DNA from: Planctomycetota bacterium
Lineage (GTDB): Bacteria; Planctomycetota; GCA-002687715; CAIWVZ01
Length of the DNA stretch: 64,000 nucleotides
Direction: 5' to 3'
NCBI GenBank assembly: GCA_044222185.1
Contig: JBGANV010000001.1
Location: forward strand, 160,001 to 224,000
Every line of letters begins with the position of its first letter. The first letter of the stretch is position 1. A model generated the notes under the pieces. It ran no database searches, was not told the origin of the DNA, and saw only the letters and a list, made by a program, of their open reading frames with translations. This document shows positions 11,293 through 21,120 of this stretch, piece after piece. A program made the position numbers and the translations under genes.

Positions 11293-11808
11293 CTACGCGC
11301 CTGAGGTTGGTTCGCGGTTCATCTCCGCTGGTGCCGCCGTCTTGCGCACGGACCACCGGCTGCGCTTCCAGGCGAGGGCCAGCGCGGCGATGCTGACATA
11401 CCAACCCTCCATCGGGGGCGCTGGACGCGTGGCGTCGAGCTGCATTTTCGTCATGAGGCAGAGGTAGACGATTCCGAACAGCACGAGAGCGGGCTGTGAC
11501 AGGAGGGCGCCACCCTTTCGCGGGCGATTGGCCACCAGGCGGAACCCCACGGCCACAGCGAACGACGCGACGGCGGCCAGGACTGCAGTGAACGACCATT
11601 CGAGTTGCACTCGGGCCGTCGCCTGGCGAACGCACAGCCCCAGCATCCCGAAGCCGACGCCGAGTGCGAGCAGCCCACAGACGACACCGAGCGGTCGGGG
11701 CAGGGGTGAGGGCGCGTCCAGTCGATGGAACACGGCGGTGCCCTCGTTGGGGTGTCCGGAGCCGCGCGAAGGAGAGGTGGAGGAACCTGAAGTCCCCGTG
11801 GGGGTCAT
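11293..11808 (-). CDS. Small hypothetical membrane protein (about 4 TM)
   Basis: Four hydrophobic segments. It fills the gap between typA and the dehydrogenase. Start uncertain. Confidence 0.55.
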   Translation of the reverse strand: MTPTGTSGSSTSPSRGSGHPNEGTAVFHRLDAPSPLPRPLGVVCGLLALGVGFGMLGLCVRQATARVQLEWSFTAVLAAVASFAVAVGFRLVANRPRKGGALLSQPALVLFGIVYLCLMTKMQLDATRPAPPMEGWYVSIAALALAWKRSRWSVRKTAAPAEMNREPTSGA

Positions 11809-11890
11809 CGGCGAGACGCCTCGATGGAACGTCTCGCCGGAGCGGATCGAGCCGAGGACGCGCAGCCGCGGCGGCCGGCGCGTCAGTCGA

Positions 11891-13189
11891 TCACGGGAAG
11901 ATGCCGCGAGCCTTGTAGGCGTCGCCGATGCGCTGGATCGCCACGCAGTACGCGGCCGTGCGCATGTCCACGCGCTTGTCCTTCGACATCTTGACGACCT
12001 TGCCGTAGGCCGTGAGGAGCATGTCCTTCAGCTTGCGGTCGATCTCGTCCAGGTGCCAGTACTGCGAGGCGCGGTTCTGGGCCCACTCGAAGAACGACAC
12101 GATCACGCCGCCCGAGTTGGCGAGGATGTCCGGGATCACGTCGATCCCGCGGCGCGCGAGCTCGCGCTCGCCGAGCGGCGTCGTTGGGCCGTTGGCGCCC
12201 TCGACGACGATCTTCGCCTTGATCAGCGGCGCCGTCTTTCCCGTCACCTGGTTCTCGATGGCGGCTGGCACCATCACGTCGCAGTCCACGCCCCAGAACG
12301 TCTCGGGCGTGATGTCCTCGCCGCCGGCGAAGCCCGGGAGACGTCCCGTGGAGGCCGTGTGCCGGCGCAGCGCGGCCACGTCGATCCCGCGCGCATTCAT
12401 GATCGCGCCGGTGTGATCGTGGATCGCCACGACCTTGGCGCCCATCTCGGAGATGATCGCCGCCGTGAACGAGCCCACGTTGCCGAAGCCCTGAACGGCG
12501 ACGCGAAGATCGGAGAGCTTGTGTCCGTGGTCCTTCGCCCACTGCTCGATGATGAGGCAGACGCCCTGGCCCGTGGCCTTCTCGCGTCCTTCCGAGCCGC
12601 CACAGGCGAGGCTCTTGCCCGTCACGACGCCGCGCCCGCGCGTCCGATCGACGGAGGCGACGGTGTTCGTGAACGTGTCCATCATCCAGTCCATCGTCTG
12701 GGAATTCGTCCCGACGTCGGGGGCTGGGATGTCGTAGTCCGGTCCGATGTTCGTCCCGAGGGCGTACGTGAAGCGCCGCGTCAGGCGCATGTTCTCTTCC
12801 TTCGACAACGTCGTCGGGCGAACGTTCACACCGCCCTTCGCGCCGCCGTATGGAAGTCCGGCGAGAGACGTCTTCCAGGTCATCCACGCCGCGAGCGCCT
12901 TCACCTCCTCGAGGTTGACGTCGTGGTGGTAGCGGATGCCTCCCTTGTACGGGCCGAGGATGTTGTTGTGCTGGATCCGGTAGCCGGTGAACAGGCGGTA
13001 TGAACCGTCATCCATCCGCACCGGGAAGTTCACGATGATCTCGCTCTTCGGCTGACCGAGGATCGTTCGGATCGCCGGATCGAGTTCGATTGCGTCGGCT
13101 GCGCGCTGGAACTGCGCGGACGCCATCTCGTACAGGTTTAGGTGTTGCTCAGTCTGCCCGGCCTGGGCTGGGGTGCGGGACTCTGACAT
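11891..13189 (-). CDS. gdhA: Glu/Leu/Phe/Val dehydrogenase, likely glutamate dehydrogenase
   Basis: GPYKGGIRY, PYGGAKGG, DIPAPDVGT, VVTGKS, QGFGNVG, EGANGP and NSGGVIVS. Confidence 0.92.
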   Translation of the reverse strand: MSESRTPAQAGQTEQHLNLYEMASAQFQRAADAIELDPAIRTILGQPKSEIIVNFPVRMDDGSYRLFTGYRIQHNNILGPYKGGIRYHHDVNLEEVKALAAWMTWKTSLAGLPYGGAKGGVNVRPTTLSKEENMRLTRRFTYALGTNIGPDYDIPAPDVGTNSQTMDWMMDTFTNTVASVDRTRGRGVVTGKSLACGGSEGREKATGQGVCLIIEQWAKDHGHKLSDLRVAVQGFGNVGSFTAAIISEMGAKVVAIHDHTGAIMNARGIDVAALRRHTASTGRLPGFAGGEDITPETFWGVDCDVMVPAAIENQVTGKTAPLIKAKIVVEGANGPTTPLGERELARRGIDVIPDILANSGGVIVSFFEWAQNRASQYWHLDEIDRKLKDMLLTAYGKVVKMSKDKRVDMRTAAYCVAIQRIGDAYKARGIFP

Positions 13190-13354
13190 GCGAGTTGGCT
13201 CCGGAAATTCGGGCGGGAGTCCGTGAAGGAATCGCGACTCGGCCCTAGGACGAGAGTGCGTTCGTGATATGTCCCGAGCTCGATTTCGGCAAGTGGCGAG
13301 TGTCCGTCGGCGCGTCGTGCGCGGGTGATCTCAACGTCCTGATTTCTCACACCC

Positions 13355-13384
13355 TTGACAGCTTTCCCGTGTTCCCCATAGAGT
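13355..13384 (+). promoter_or_regulatory. Putative sigma70 promoter for the parvulin gene
   Basis: TTGACA at 13355-13360, 18-nt spacer, TAGAGT at 13379-13384. Confidence 0.5.
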
Positions 13385-13456
13385 CTTCGCCGTCTGGGGC
13401 CGGCGACGTCTTCACCTCGCCATCAATCGAGTCCTCCCCATTTCGACGTCAAGAGC

Positions 13457-14212
13457 ATGACCCTTCCAAGCGCGCACGCGGTGCGACGACTGTCGCCCGC
13501 AGCATTGTGTCTGCTGGTGTTCGTCCAGGCTTGCGGCAAACCGGCCGAGGTCACGATCGTCGCCCCGCCGCCGCAGCCAGGGATCGTCGCCTGTTTCCCC
13601 GACTCAGGTCCCATCGCGTTCAGCGTGAACGGCGTCCTCGTCCCGGAAGCGACGATCACTCGCCTTGCGGGCTTCGTTCGCGAGATCAACTCGGCGTACT
13701 CGGATGATCAGGCCAAGGAGGTCGCGATCACGGAAGCCGTGATTCCGACCGCCGTCGTCTACGCTGCCGCACAGGATCGCATCGCCGAATGGTCCAAGCG
13801 TGTCCAGGACGTCCGCAACCGCCTTTCCGCTGGCGCGGACCTGGCCGACGTCGCGAAGGCCGAGTCGGCGTGTCCGTCAAAGGAGAAGGGCGGCGACCTG
13901 GGCAGCTTCACGCGAGACAAGATGGTCCTCCCATTCTCCGAGGCGACCTTTCACGCGGAGGTGGGCGCGATCTCGGGACCCGTCGTCACGGTCTTCGGCG
14001 CGCACGTCTTCAAGGTGACGTCCAAGACCGACGGCTCCAGCGCGGCCCAAGATCAGCGCCGCGTCTCGCACGTTCTGATTCCCTTCGATGCCGCGGCGAT
14101 CAAGGATGCCGCGGCCTACGGCAAGGCCCTCGAGGACCTGAAGCGGACAGCCCGCGTCGAGGTCAAGAAGGACGCCTACAAGAAACTGGTCCCTGCGAAC
14201 TACAGGCGCTGA
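13457..14212 (+). CDS. Parvulin (PpiC-type) peptidyl-prolyl isomerase, probable lipoprotein
   Basis: Lipobox-like LLVFVQAC. SACPSKEKGGDLGSFTRDKMVLPFSEATF and ISGPVVTVFGAHVFKV. Confidence 0.88.
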   Translation: MTLPSAHAVRRLSPAALCLLVFVQACGKPAEVTIVAPPPQPGIVACFPDSGPIAFSVNGVLVPEATITRLAGFVREINSAYSDDQAKEVAITEAVIPTAVVYAAAQDRIAEWSKRVQDVRNRLSAGADLADVAKAESACPSKEKGGDLGSFTRDKMVLPFSEATFHAEVGAISGPVVTVFGAHVFKVTSKTDGSSAAQDQRRVSHVLIPFDAAAIKDAAAYGKALEDLKRTARVEVKKDAYKKLVPANYRR

Positions 14213-14656
14213 GGTCGAACGAGGCGCGCGTCTCCAGGGAGCGTTCCCACCGAACGCCGGCGGATCGCCGTCTGGACTCGGTGCGGCGGAAGACCGACTT
14301 TTTGTGAGACACTCGAAATCTTTGGGGCTTGCGGCTGATGTGGTCGATGGTATATCTCGTCCACGTCGGCGCGGCTGCACTGCTGCGTCGGAAGCGCGAG
14401 CTTCATCTGCCCCGCACGGTTCTGACGCGGGGCCGCGGATCCAAGATGTCGCCATGGCCCATGGCCGCGACGCTGCGATCCGCTCCAGTTCCTTCGCCTG
14501 GGACCTGTCTTGTTGGCGCATGGCGCGCCTTGCTCGGTCCCATGGCAATACGCGAACTGGCTTTCTCGGGCTCTTTCTTGCGCACCGAGCGCGAGTGCAT
14601 TCGGGACGACCCGGGTGCCCTCGCACGGCGCAAGTGTTTCAGGAGACTGGCTGACC

Positions 14657-16276
14657 ATGAGCGCCAGGAATTCTCGTAGGCGACCGGGTGGCGGAGGTTC
14701 GGGGGGCGGTGGACCCGGCGGTGGTGGCGGCGGCGGCGGTGGCGGCGGTGGTCGCCGCGGCGGACGTCGGCGCGGCCGCGGGCGTCGAGGAGGTGGGGGC
14801 GGTGGCGGCGGCCCATGGGGCGGCGGCGGACCTGGCCCTGGAGCCGGACCGGGGTCGGATCAACTCGCCGACCAATCGATGATGGGGCAGGAGGCCGGAT
14901 TCGGCGGCCAGCCTCAGGGGTGGGAGACGGAATCGCTCCCGTTCGACGTCGAGCCGGGCGCGGCGGCTGCTGCGGCCGGGGACGAAGGGATGGCTGAGGG
15001 GTTCGGCGCCGGGCTTGGCAACGCAGGCCACGGTGGCGCACCTGCGGTAGCGCCCTTCCCAGGTGGCGGACCTCAGGGGCAGCACTATCAGCAGCAAATG
15101 CACGGAGGCCAGCAGCACCAGCAGAACATGCAGATGCCGCAGCGGCCGACGGAGCCGATGAAACGCCCGGGGCTGCTGGAGCTCATGCAGGACGGCTTCG
15201 GCTTCCTGCGCTTCGTCGAGAACAACTACCTGCCCGATGCCGAGGACATCTACGTGCCAGCGGGCCTCGTGCGCCGCTACCGGATTCGTCCGGGCTCGAT
15301 GATCATGGGCGACCTTCAGCCGGCGCGAAAGCCGGGGCAGAAACCGGCGCTCGCGGCGATCCACACGATCAACGACCGCGACCCCGAGCTCCATGCGGGC
15401 GAGGTGGCCTTCAAGAGCCTTCCGCCCTGCGACCCCGAACAACGATTCCTGCTGGAGACGTTCCCGGACAACGACATCTCCATGCGAGTCGTCGACCTTC
15501 TTTGCCCGATCGGCCGAGGACAGCGCGCCCTGATCGTCGCTCCGCCGCGAACCGGCAAGACGATCCTGATGCAGAAGATCTGCAACTCGATCAGCCGGAA
15601 CCACCCGGAGACGAAGGTTCTGGTCCTGCTCGTCGACGAACGCCCGGAGGAAGTCACGGATTTCCGCCGCAACACGACGGCCGAGATCGTCGCGTCCTGC
15701 CTCGACGAGGGCGCCGGCAACCACATCCGCGTGACGGAGCTGGTCCTCGAGAAGATGAAGCGGCAGGTCGAGGCCGGCCACCACATGGTCGTGTTGCTCG
15801 ACTCCATCACGCGCCTGGGTCGCGCCTACAACAACGAGGCCAAGGGCGGCGGCCGCATCCTCTCGGGCGGTCTCGATGCCAAGGTCCTCACCAAGCCAAA
15901 GGCGTTCTTCGGCTCGGCCCGCAACATCGAAGGCGGCGGCAGCCTGACGATCATCGCGACCGCGCTCATCGACACCGGGTCCCGGATGGACCAGGTGATC
16001 TTCGAGGAGTTCAAGGGCACGGGCAACAGCGAGATCGTGCTGTCCCGCCAGCTCTCCAACAACCGCATCTTCCCGGCGATCGACATCTCGACGTCGGGCA
16101 CGCGCAAGGAGGAGAAGCTCTTCCACCCCGATGAGATCGAGCGCATCAAGGTGCTGCGCCGCGTTCTCGGGCAGCTGAATCCGAACGAGTCCATGCGCCT
16201 GCTCATCGAGAAACTGGAGAAGACCCGGAGCAACGCCGAGTTCCTCCTTCAGTTCACCATCCGGGACAGCGCCTGA
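14657..16276 (+). CDS. rho: Transcription termination factor Rho with a low-complexity N-terminal extension
   Basis: DGFGFLR, DIYV, PIGRGQRALIVAPPRTGKT, LLVDERPEEVTD, LLDSITRL, TALIDTGSRMD and EEFKGTGN. SD AGGAG before the ATG at 14657. Confidence 0.97.
   Translation: MSARNSRRRPGGGGSGGGGPGGGGGGGGGGGGRRGGRRRGRGRRGGGGGGGGPWGGGGPGPGAGPGSDQLADQSMMGQEAGFGGQPQGWETESLPFDVEPGAAAAAAGDEGMAEGFGAGLGNAGHGGAPAVAPFPGGGPQGQHYQQQMHGGQQHQQNMQMPQRPTEPMKRPGLLELMQDGFGFLRFVENNYLPDAEDIYVPAGLVRRYRIRPGSMIMGDLQPARKPGQKPALAAIHTINDRDPELHAGEVAFKSLPPCDPEQRFLLETFPDNDISMRVVDLLCPIGRGQRALIVAPPRTGKTILMQKICNSISRNHPETKVLVLLVDERPEEVTDFRRNTTAEIVASCLDEGAGNHIRVTELVLEKMKRQVEAGHHMVVLLDSITRLGRAYNNEAKGGGRILSGGLDAKVLTKPKAFFGSARNIEGGGSLTIIATALIDTGSRMDQVIFEEFKGTGNSEIVLSRQLSNNRIFPAIDISTSGTRKEEKLFHPDEIERIKVLRRVLGQLNPNESMRLLIEKLEKTRSNAEFLLQFTIRDSA
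14686..14830 (+). repeat. GGN-rich low-complexity tract encoding the poly-Gly/Arg-Gly segment of Rho
   Basis: Runs of GGC/GGT codons translate to GGGGSGGGGPGGGGGGGGGGGGRRGGRRRGRGRRGGGGGGGG. Confidence 0.8.
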
Positions 16277-16397
16277 TCGCCTCGGGCGGACCGCGCGGGG
16301 CCGAGGCTCCGCGCGGCGCCACCGAGATCCTGGCCACACGATCGGACGCATTCCGGCCCTCGCCCGATACAACGGTCGAGACTACAATCGCGCGATC

Positions 16398-18632
16398 GTG
16401 ACTTCCCCCGCGGCGCGATCCATCGTCCTTCTCGGCATCCTCCTCGTCTGCGCTTCCCGCGTGCGCGGCCAGCAGCAGGCGCCGATCCTCTTCGTCGACG
16501 ACCGGCCCATGCTGAAGGCGACGCTGAAGGCCGGCGAGAAGGTCTACTACTGCCACCTCCTGCTCGACCTGTCGCTGGCGGAACCGCTCGTGCTTCATCG
16601 CAACGCGGCGGGCAGCCTCCGCGCGCAGGAGACCGACATCTCCTTCGAGGGGCTGAAGCTCGAGGGCGTCCCCATCACGCCGACGCGGAGTGAATGGCTC
16701 GAGACGCTCACGCGGGACTACGCGAAGGAGCTGCAGGAAGTCCCCTGCGCCGGCTTCATCGGCCTCTCCGCATTCGGCAGCTCCGTCGTGCAGATCGATG
16801 GTCCGGGCAAGGTTCTGCGGACGTTCGACGTGGATCCGACGGCGGGCGCTGACGCCGCTCCGCCGCCCAACTTCACGCGAGTCGCGTTCCTCGCCGGATC
16901 CGACGCCACATCGGTTTCGATCCAGGCAAGCGTCGGCGACTCGAAAGTGGCGAAACTGCTCTTCGACACCAAGGAGCGCGCGTCGACCATCGAACGCTCA
17001 TGGTTTGGCGCCGCGGACACTCGCCCGACTGTGCCATCGATGATGGCGGGCACGCTCGACCTCGCTCGACTGACGCCGTTCCGGCGCGTCGACGCGTCGC
17101 CGCTCGATGGGACCGTCGGTGCGACCCTCATCTCGAAGCTCGTCGTGACCATCGATCGCACCGCCCGCCAGCTCGCGCTCCAGGGCCCGGCAAGCGCCGC
17201 GTACCCGAAGGACGAGGCCGACTTCTACGCGGCACTCGACGCCCCAGGCCATGAACGGCTACGCGAGTTCTACAAGGCCAACCCATCGTCGCGGTGGACG
17301 TCCGACGCGGCGGGTGAGGCGTTCACGCGCGCCACGGCGGCAGCGCCACGCGACCTCGATGTCGCGATCGAGGCCGCACTTGCTGTCGTCGACGCGACGT
17401 CCATCGAGAAGAAGGCGACGACCGCACTCGCCCTGGACGACGCGCTCGCGAAATGCGCCGACTCCGACTCCGTTCGCCAGCGGCTGCTCTCTGCGGGCGC
17501 TGCCGTCGCGCGCGGCGACGCCGACGGAACGGCTCAGCTCCAGGTGCGCATGAGGCTCGGCCAGATCGAACTCTCGCGCGGAAACCACAAGGAGGCCTAC
17601 CGCAACCTCTTGTCGGCGGCGTTCGGCATGACCGGTGACGGGCGGCCCGCACTTTCGCTCGGCCATCTGCACCGCGACCTGGGACAGCTCGATCGGGCCT
17701 GGTCGCGCTACGTCCAGGCGCTGCTCGACGTGAAGCAGACGGGCGTCGATGGCCTGATCGCCCTCGACGCGCTGTGGCGCAAGCAGCACCAAGGCGGTGG
17801 CGGTCTCGCCGCCGCGATCGCCGAATCCGTCGAGGGGAAGGCCCCCGGGTTTCACCCAATCCCGAGAGATGCGGCGGAGACCCGTCCTGCTGGCGGCCCC
17901 GTGCTCGTCGAATTGTTCACCGGGGCACACTGCCCGCCCTGTACCGGTGCCGACCTCGCCGTCGACGCGCTGGAGGAGTACTTCACGCCTGATCGCGAGG
18001 TGATCACGCTCGTCTGGCACCTTCCGATCCCGGCCCCCGAGCCCCTCGTCTCGACGGAGGCCTTGGCGCGCGCGCGTCACTACTCCGTCGAGGGAACCCC
18101 GACGATCGTCGTTCAAGGGGGCGAGAAGAGCGTGGGTGGCGGGGGAGCGGGTGAGGCGCCCAAGCTGTTCGAGAAGTTCAAGTCGGCGGTCGAGGAGGCG
18201 CTGGCCGACGCCAAGCCGATCGACCTCGACGCGACGGTCGCGTGGAGCGGCGACAAACTCACGGTGACACCGCGCCTGGCGCCGATCGCCGGAGCGCGCT
18301 TGCACGCGATCCTCACGGAGCGCTCCATGGTGTTCCCGGGGCGCAACGGCGTGATCTTCCATCACGCGGTGGTCCGCGCGGCGCTGACGTCGCCGGACGG
18401 CGCCGACGCATCCGTGAACGTCCCGGCGCTGGACCTGACCATGGCGACGGTCGAGTCGCGACTCGATCGACAGCTCACCCAGTTCGAAGCGAAGGGACCG
18501 TTCCCGATCCGTCCGACGCAGCCGGACCCCACGAATCTCGCCGTCGTCCTCTTCGTCGAGAAACCCGGTGATGGCGTCGTGGCGGCAAAGCGCATCGACG
18601 TGCCGGCTCCCGCGGAGGGGAAGGGCCGATGA
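16398..18632 (+). CDS. Secreted multidomain protein: degenerate retropepsin-like region, TPR, and thioredoxin-like CPPC domain (DUF1223/Omp28-like)
   Basis: Signal peptide. LLLDLS...GFIG and LLFDTK...DGTVG resemble aspartyl-protease lobes. TPR-like helices. VLVELFTGAHCPPC and GTPTIVVQG (cis-Pro loop). Confidence 0.65.
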   Translation: MTSPAARSIVLLGILLVCASRVRGQQQAPILFVDDRPMLKATLKAGEKVYYCHLLLDLSLAEPLVLHRNAAGSLRAQETDISFEGLKLEGVPITPTRSEWLETLTRDYAKELQEVPCAGFIGLSAFGSSVVQIDGPGKVLRTFDVDPTAGADAAPPPNFTRVAFLAGSDATSVSIQASVGDSKVAKLLFDTKERASTIERSWFGAADTRPTVPSMMAGTLDLARLTPFRRVDASPLDGTVGATLISKLVVTIDRTARQLALQGPASAAYPKDEADFYAALDAPGHERLREFYKANPSSRWTSDAAGEAFTRATAAAPRDLDVAIEAALAVVDATSIEKKATTALALDDALAKCADSDSVRQRLLSAGAAVARGDADGTAQLQVRMRLGQIELSRGNHKEAYRNLLSAAFGMTGDGRPALSLGHLHRDLGQLDRAWSRYVQALLDVKQTGVDGLIALDALWRKQHQGGGGLAAAIAESVEGKAPGFHPIPRDAAETRPAGGPVLVELFTGAHCPPCTGADLAVDALEEYFTPDREVITLVWHLPIPAPEPLVSTEALARARHYSVEGTPTIVVQGGEKSVGGGGAGEAPKLFEKFKSAVEEALADAKPIDLDATVAWSGDKLTVTPRLAPIAGARLHAILTERSMVFPGRNGVIFHHAVVRAALTSPDGADASVNVPALDLTMATVESRLDRQLTQFEAKGPFPIRPTQPDPTNLAVVLFVEKPGDGVVAAKRIDVPAPAEGKGR

Positions 18633-20134
18633 CAGGCGCGACGGCGACCGCGCAGCTCGAAGCTGCGCTCGCACCACATCTGCGGACCCTCGGCGCGCGA
18701 CGGCGATCGCACGCTTGGCGCAGGGGACTTGCCCGTGGCGTCCGGCGCGCGCCCGCGGTCGCTCTCGCACTCGGGGGGACCGTGTCTGCGCTGCGGCTCG
18801 GCGGACTCGTCGATGGCGGCATCCTCGTGCTCGCGGGGTTGGTGGGAGCGTCGGTACTCGTTCCAGCGATCTGGCGCGTCGCGCTGGACTGGATGGCACC
18901 TCCCACGGTGGAGGATGCAGCCATCGCCTGCGACAGGGCCGCCGGGTGGCACGATCGCCTCTCGGCTGCGTGGGAGTTCCAGCAGGCCGGGGCGACGGAT
19001 CCCATGCGCCGCGCGGCGATCGAGGACGGCTTGCTGGCGCTTTCGACGCTGGCCACGCGCCCGATCCGACTCCCCGTCCGCCGAGTGGACATCCCGCTCG
19101 CGCCAGCGTTCCTCGCGTGCCTCGTCCTGTGGGCGTGCGCCCTCGTTCCGTCGACGGCCGCACCGTCGACCCGGCCCGTGGATCTGTCGGCGAAACCACG
19201 GATGTCCGGCGATACCAGCGCCACCGCCGAACAACGCGCGACTCCCGACTCGCGACCGAATCAACGCGCAGCGTCCCGCCCGGCGAGCCGGCCCGCCGCA
19301 GAGTCCGAGCCCGTGGCGCGGCGCGCGCAGGCGAGGCCCACCCCGGCAACCACCGCACCGGCAGCCTCCGCGGGAAACGCCGGGCGCCAGGGGAGTGCCG
19401 CCGCCGAGGGAAGCGATTCCAGCGGTGCATCGGAGGTCGCGCAGGCGAAATCCGGCGAACCGTCTCCAGGTGCCGGAGGATCGGGCGCAGCCGCTGGATC
19501 CTCCGCTGCCGCGCCGCCCCCATCGGCACCGCAGAAGAAGCCACAGAAGCGCGACTCTCCGCCGACGCCGAACAAGCCCAGCCGACCGAGCCGAGAGGAT
19601 TCGATCGGCGCCACGGGCGGTGCGTCGAAAAACCGGGGAATGACGACGCCGACGGGTGGCCGCAAGGAACTGTCCCAGCGCGCCAATCCCGCGGGCGACG
19701 ACGCGCGCTCGCCCGACGAGGACACGCAGGACGAGCGTGAGGAGACCGAACAACGCGGTGGCGTCGCGCCGCTTCAGCGCGACCGGCCCAAGCCGCCGTC
19801 GCGAGAGCTTTCGATCAGCGGTGACGGTCCACCGGACGACGGGCGTGGTGGGCCCACTCCGCCGAAGAAGTCCCGAGGAACGGCAGCGCTCGTCCTCGGG
19901 ATCACTCTCGAGGATCAGGTGCGAGGTCAGCCCAACCCGGGGACTGCGCGCACGTCCATGGGCCGCATCCCACCGATTCCCGAACCCGACCCGAACGGCC
20001 AGCGCTCGGCTGCCGCGCACGCCGCGGCACCGGCCACGCCCCAACCTCCGCACGTCCTCGACGCGCGCTTTTGGGGCCTCGTGCAACGCTTCCATGAACG
20101 GCTGCGCCAGAGCGAGCCTTCGGAGAAACCGTGA
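18629..20134 (+). CDS. Membrane-anchored protein with a long Ala/Ser/Pro/Gly-rich disordered region, MoxR-operon accessory
   Basis: ATGA coupling to the upstream gene. Hydrophobic segments followed by AAIACDRAAGWHDRLSAAWEF and a low-complexity C-terminal half. Confidence 0.65.
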   Translation: MTGATATAQLEAALAPHLRTLGARRRSHAWRRGLARGVRRAPAVALALGGTVSALRLGGLVDGGILVLAGLVGASVLVPAIWRVALDWMAPPTVEDAAIACDRAAGWHDRLSAAWEFQQAGATDPMRRAAIEDGLLALSTLATRPIRLPVRRVDIPLAPAFLACLVLWACALVPSTAAPSTRPVDLSAKPRMSGDTSATAEQRATPDSRPNQRAASRPASRPAAESEPVARRAQARPTPATTAPAASAGNAGRQGSAAAEGSDSSGASEVAQAKSGEPSPGAGGSGAAAGSSAAAPPPSAPQKKPQKRDSPPTPNKPSRPSREDSIGATGGASKNRGMTTPTGGRKELSQRANPAGDDARSPDEDTQDEREETEQRGGVAPLQRDRPKPPSRELSISGDGPPDDGRGGPTPPKKSRGTAALVLGITLEDQVRGQPNPGTARTSMGRIPPIPEPDPNGQRSAAAHAAAPATPQPPHVLDARFWGLVQRFHERLRQSEPSEKP

Positions 20135-21120
20135 TGTCAGACACTCAACAGGTCCGATCCCAAGGCAATCGTTTCGGCGAGATCTTCAGGTCGTTGGAGG
20201 CGGATGTCCACCGCCTCATCGTGGGACAGGACTCGGTCGTCCGCGGCGTGCTCACGGCGCTGTTCTCCGGCGGACACGTCCTCCTCGAAGGCGTTCCGGG
20301 CATCGGCAAGACGGCGCTCGTGAAGGCCCTGGGCTCGGCCCTGCATCTCGAGCGCAGCCGGATCCAGTTCACTCCGGACCTCATGCCGGCGGACGTGGTC
20401 GGAACGCTCGTTCTCGACGACGCGGGCGCGGGCCGGAGCGTCCGGTTCCAGCCCGGGCCGATCCACGCCAACCTCGTCCTCGCCGACGAGATCAACCGCG
20501 CGACACCGAAGACGCAGTCTGCGCTTCTGGAGGCCATGCAAGAGCAGCAGGTCACCGCGGGCGGCGTGACGCGTCCTCTGCCACAGCCGTTCATCGTCCT
20601 CGCCACGCAGAATCCCGTGGAACAGGAGGGCACCTATCCGCTTCCCGAGGCTCAACTCGATCGCTTCATGTTCAAGCTGATCGTCGGGTATCCGCGGGAG
20701 GAGGAGTACGACCTCATTCTCGATCGCACCACGGGCCGCGGGCTCCCCACGATCGACGCAGTGACGACGGGTGAGGAGATCTGCCGGATGCGCGACCTGG
20801 TTCGCGACGTGCCCGTGCCCGAGGCGGCGCGGCGGTGCGCCGTCCGGCTCGTGATGGCGACGCAGCCCGGCAGCCGGCATGCTCCCGCGCGCGTGGGCAA
20901 ATTCGTGGCGCTGGGAAGCTCTCCGCGCGGGGCTCAGGCGCTCCTTCTCGCGGGGAAGGTCTCGGCGCTGCGGGATGGCCGGTTTGCCGTGTCGGAGGCC
21001 GACATCCGCAGTTCGGCTCACGACGCGTTGCGGCACCGCATGCTCCTGAACTTCGCGGCGCGCTCCGAGGGCGTGACGCCCGACAACCTCGTCGACGAGA
21101 TCCTCGAGACTACGAAGTGA
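20131..21120 (+). CDS. moxR: MoxR family AAA+ ATPase
   Basis: HVLLEGVPGIGKT, RIQFTPDLMPADVVG, LADEINRATPKTQSALLEAM and ATQNPVEQEGTYPLPEAQLDRF. Confidence 0.96.
   Translation: MMSDTQQVRSQGNRFGEIFRSLEADVHRLIVGQDSVVRGVLTALFSGGHVLLEGVPGIGKTALVKALGSALHLERSRIQFTPDLMPADVVGTLVLDDAGAGRSVRFQPGPIHANLVLADEINRATPKTQSALLEAMQEQQVTAGGVTRPLPQPFIVLATQNPVEQEGTYPLPEAQLDRFMFKLIVGYPREEEYDLILDRTTGRGLPTIDAVTTGEEICRMRDLVRDVPVPEAARRCAVRLVMATQPGSRHAPARVGKFVALGSSPRGAQALLLAGKVSALRDGRFAVSEADIRSSAHDALRHRMLLNFAARSEGVTPDNLVDEILETTK

Noticed and set aside
14304-14679. Two 116-aa ORFs upstream of rho and an extended rho start at 14510
   Set aside because: No motifs and no SD. The SD-supported rho start is at 14657.
19200-19900. 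Low-complexity, repeat-like stretch considered as a tandem repeat or CRISPR array
   Set aside because: There is no periodic repeat-spacer structure. It encodes a disordered Ala/Ser/Pro/Gly region.
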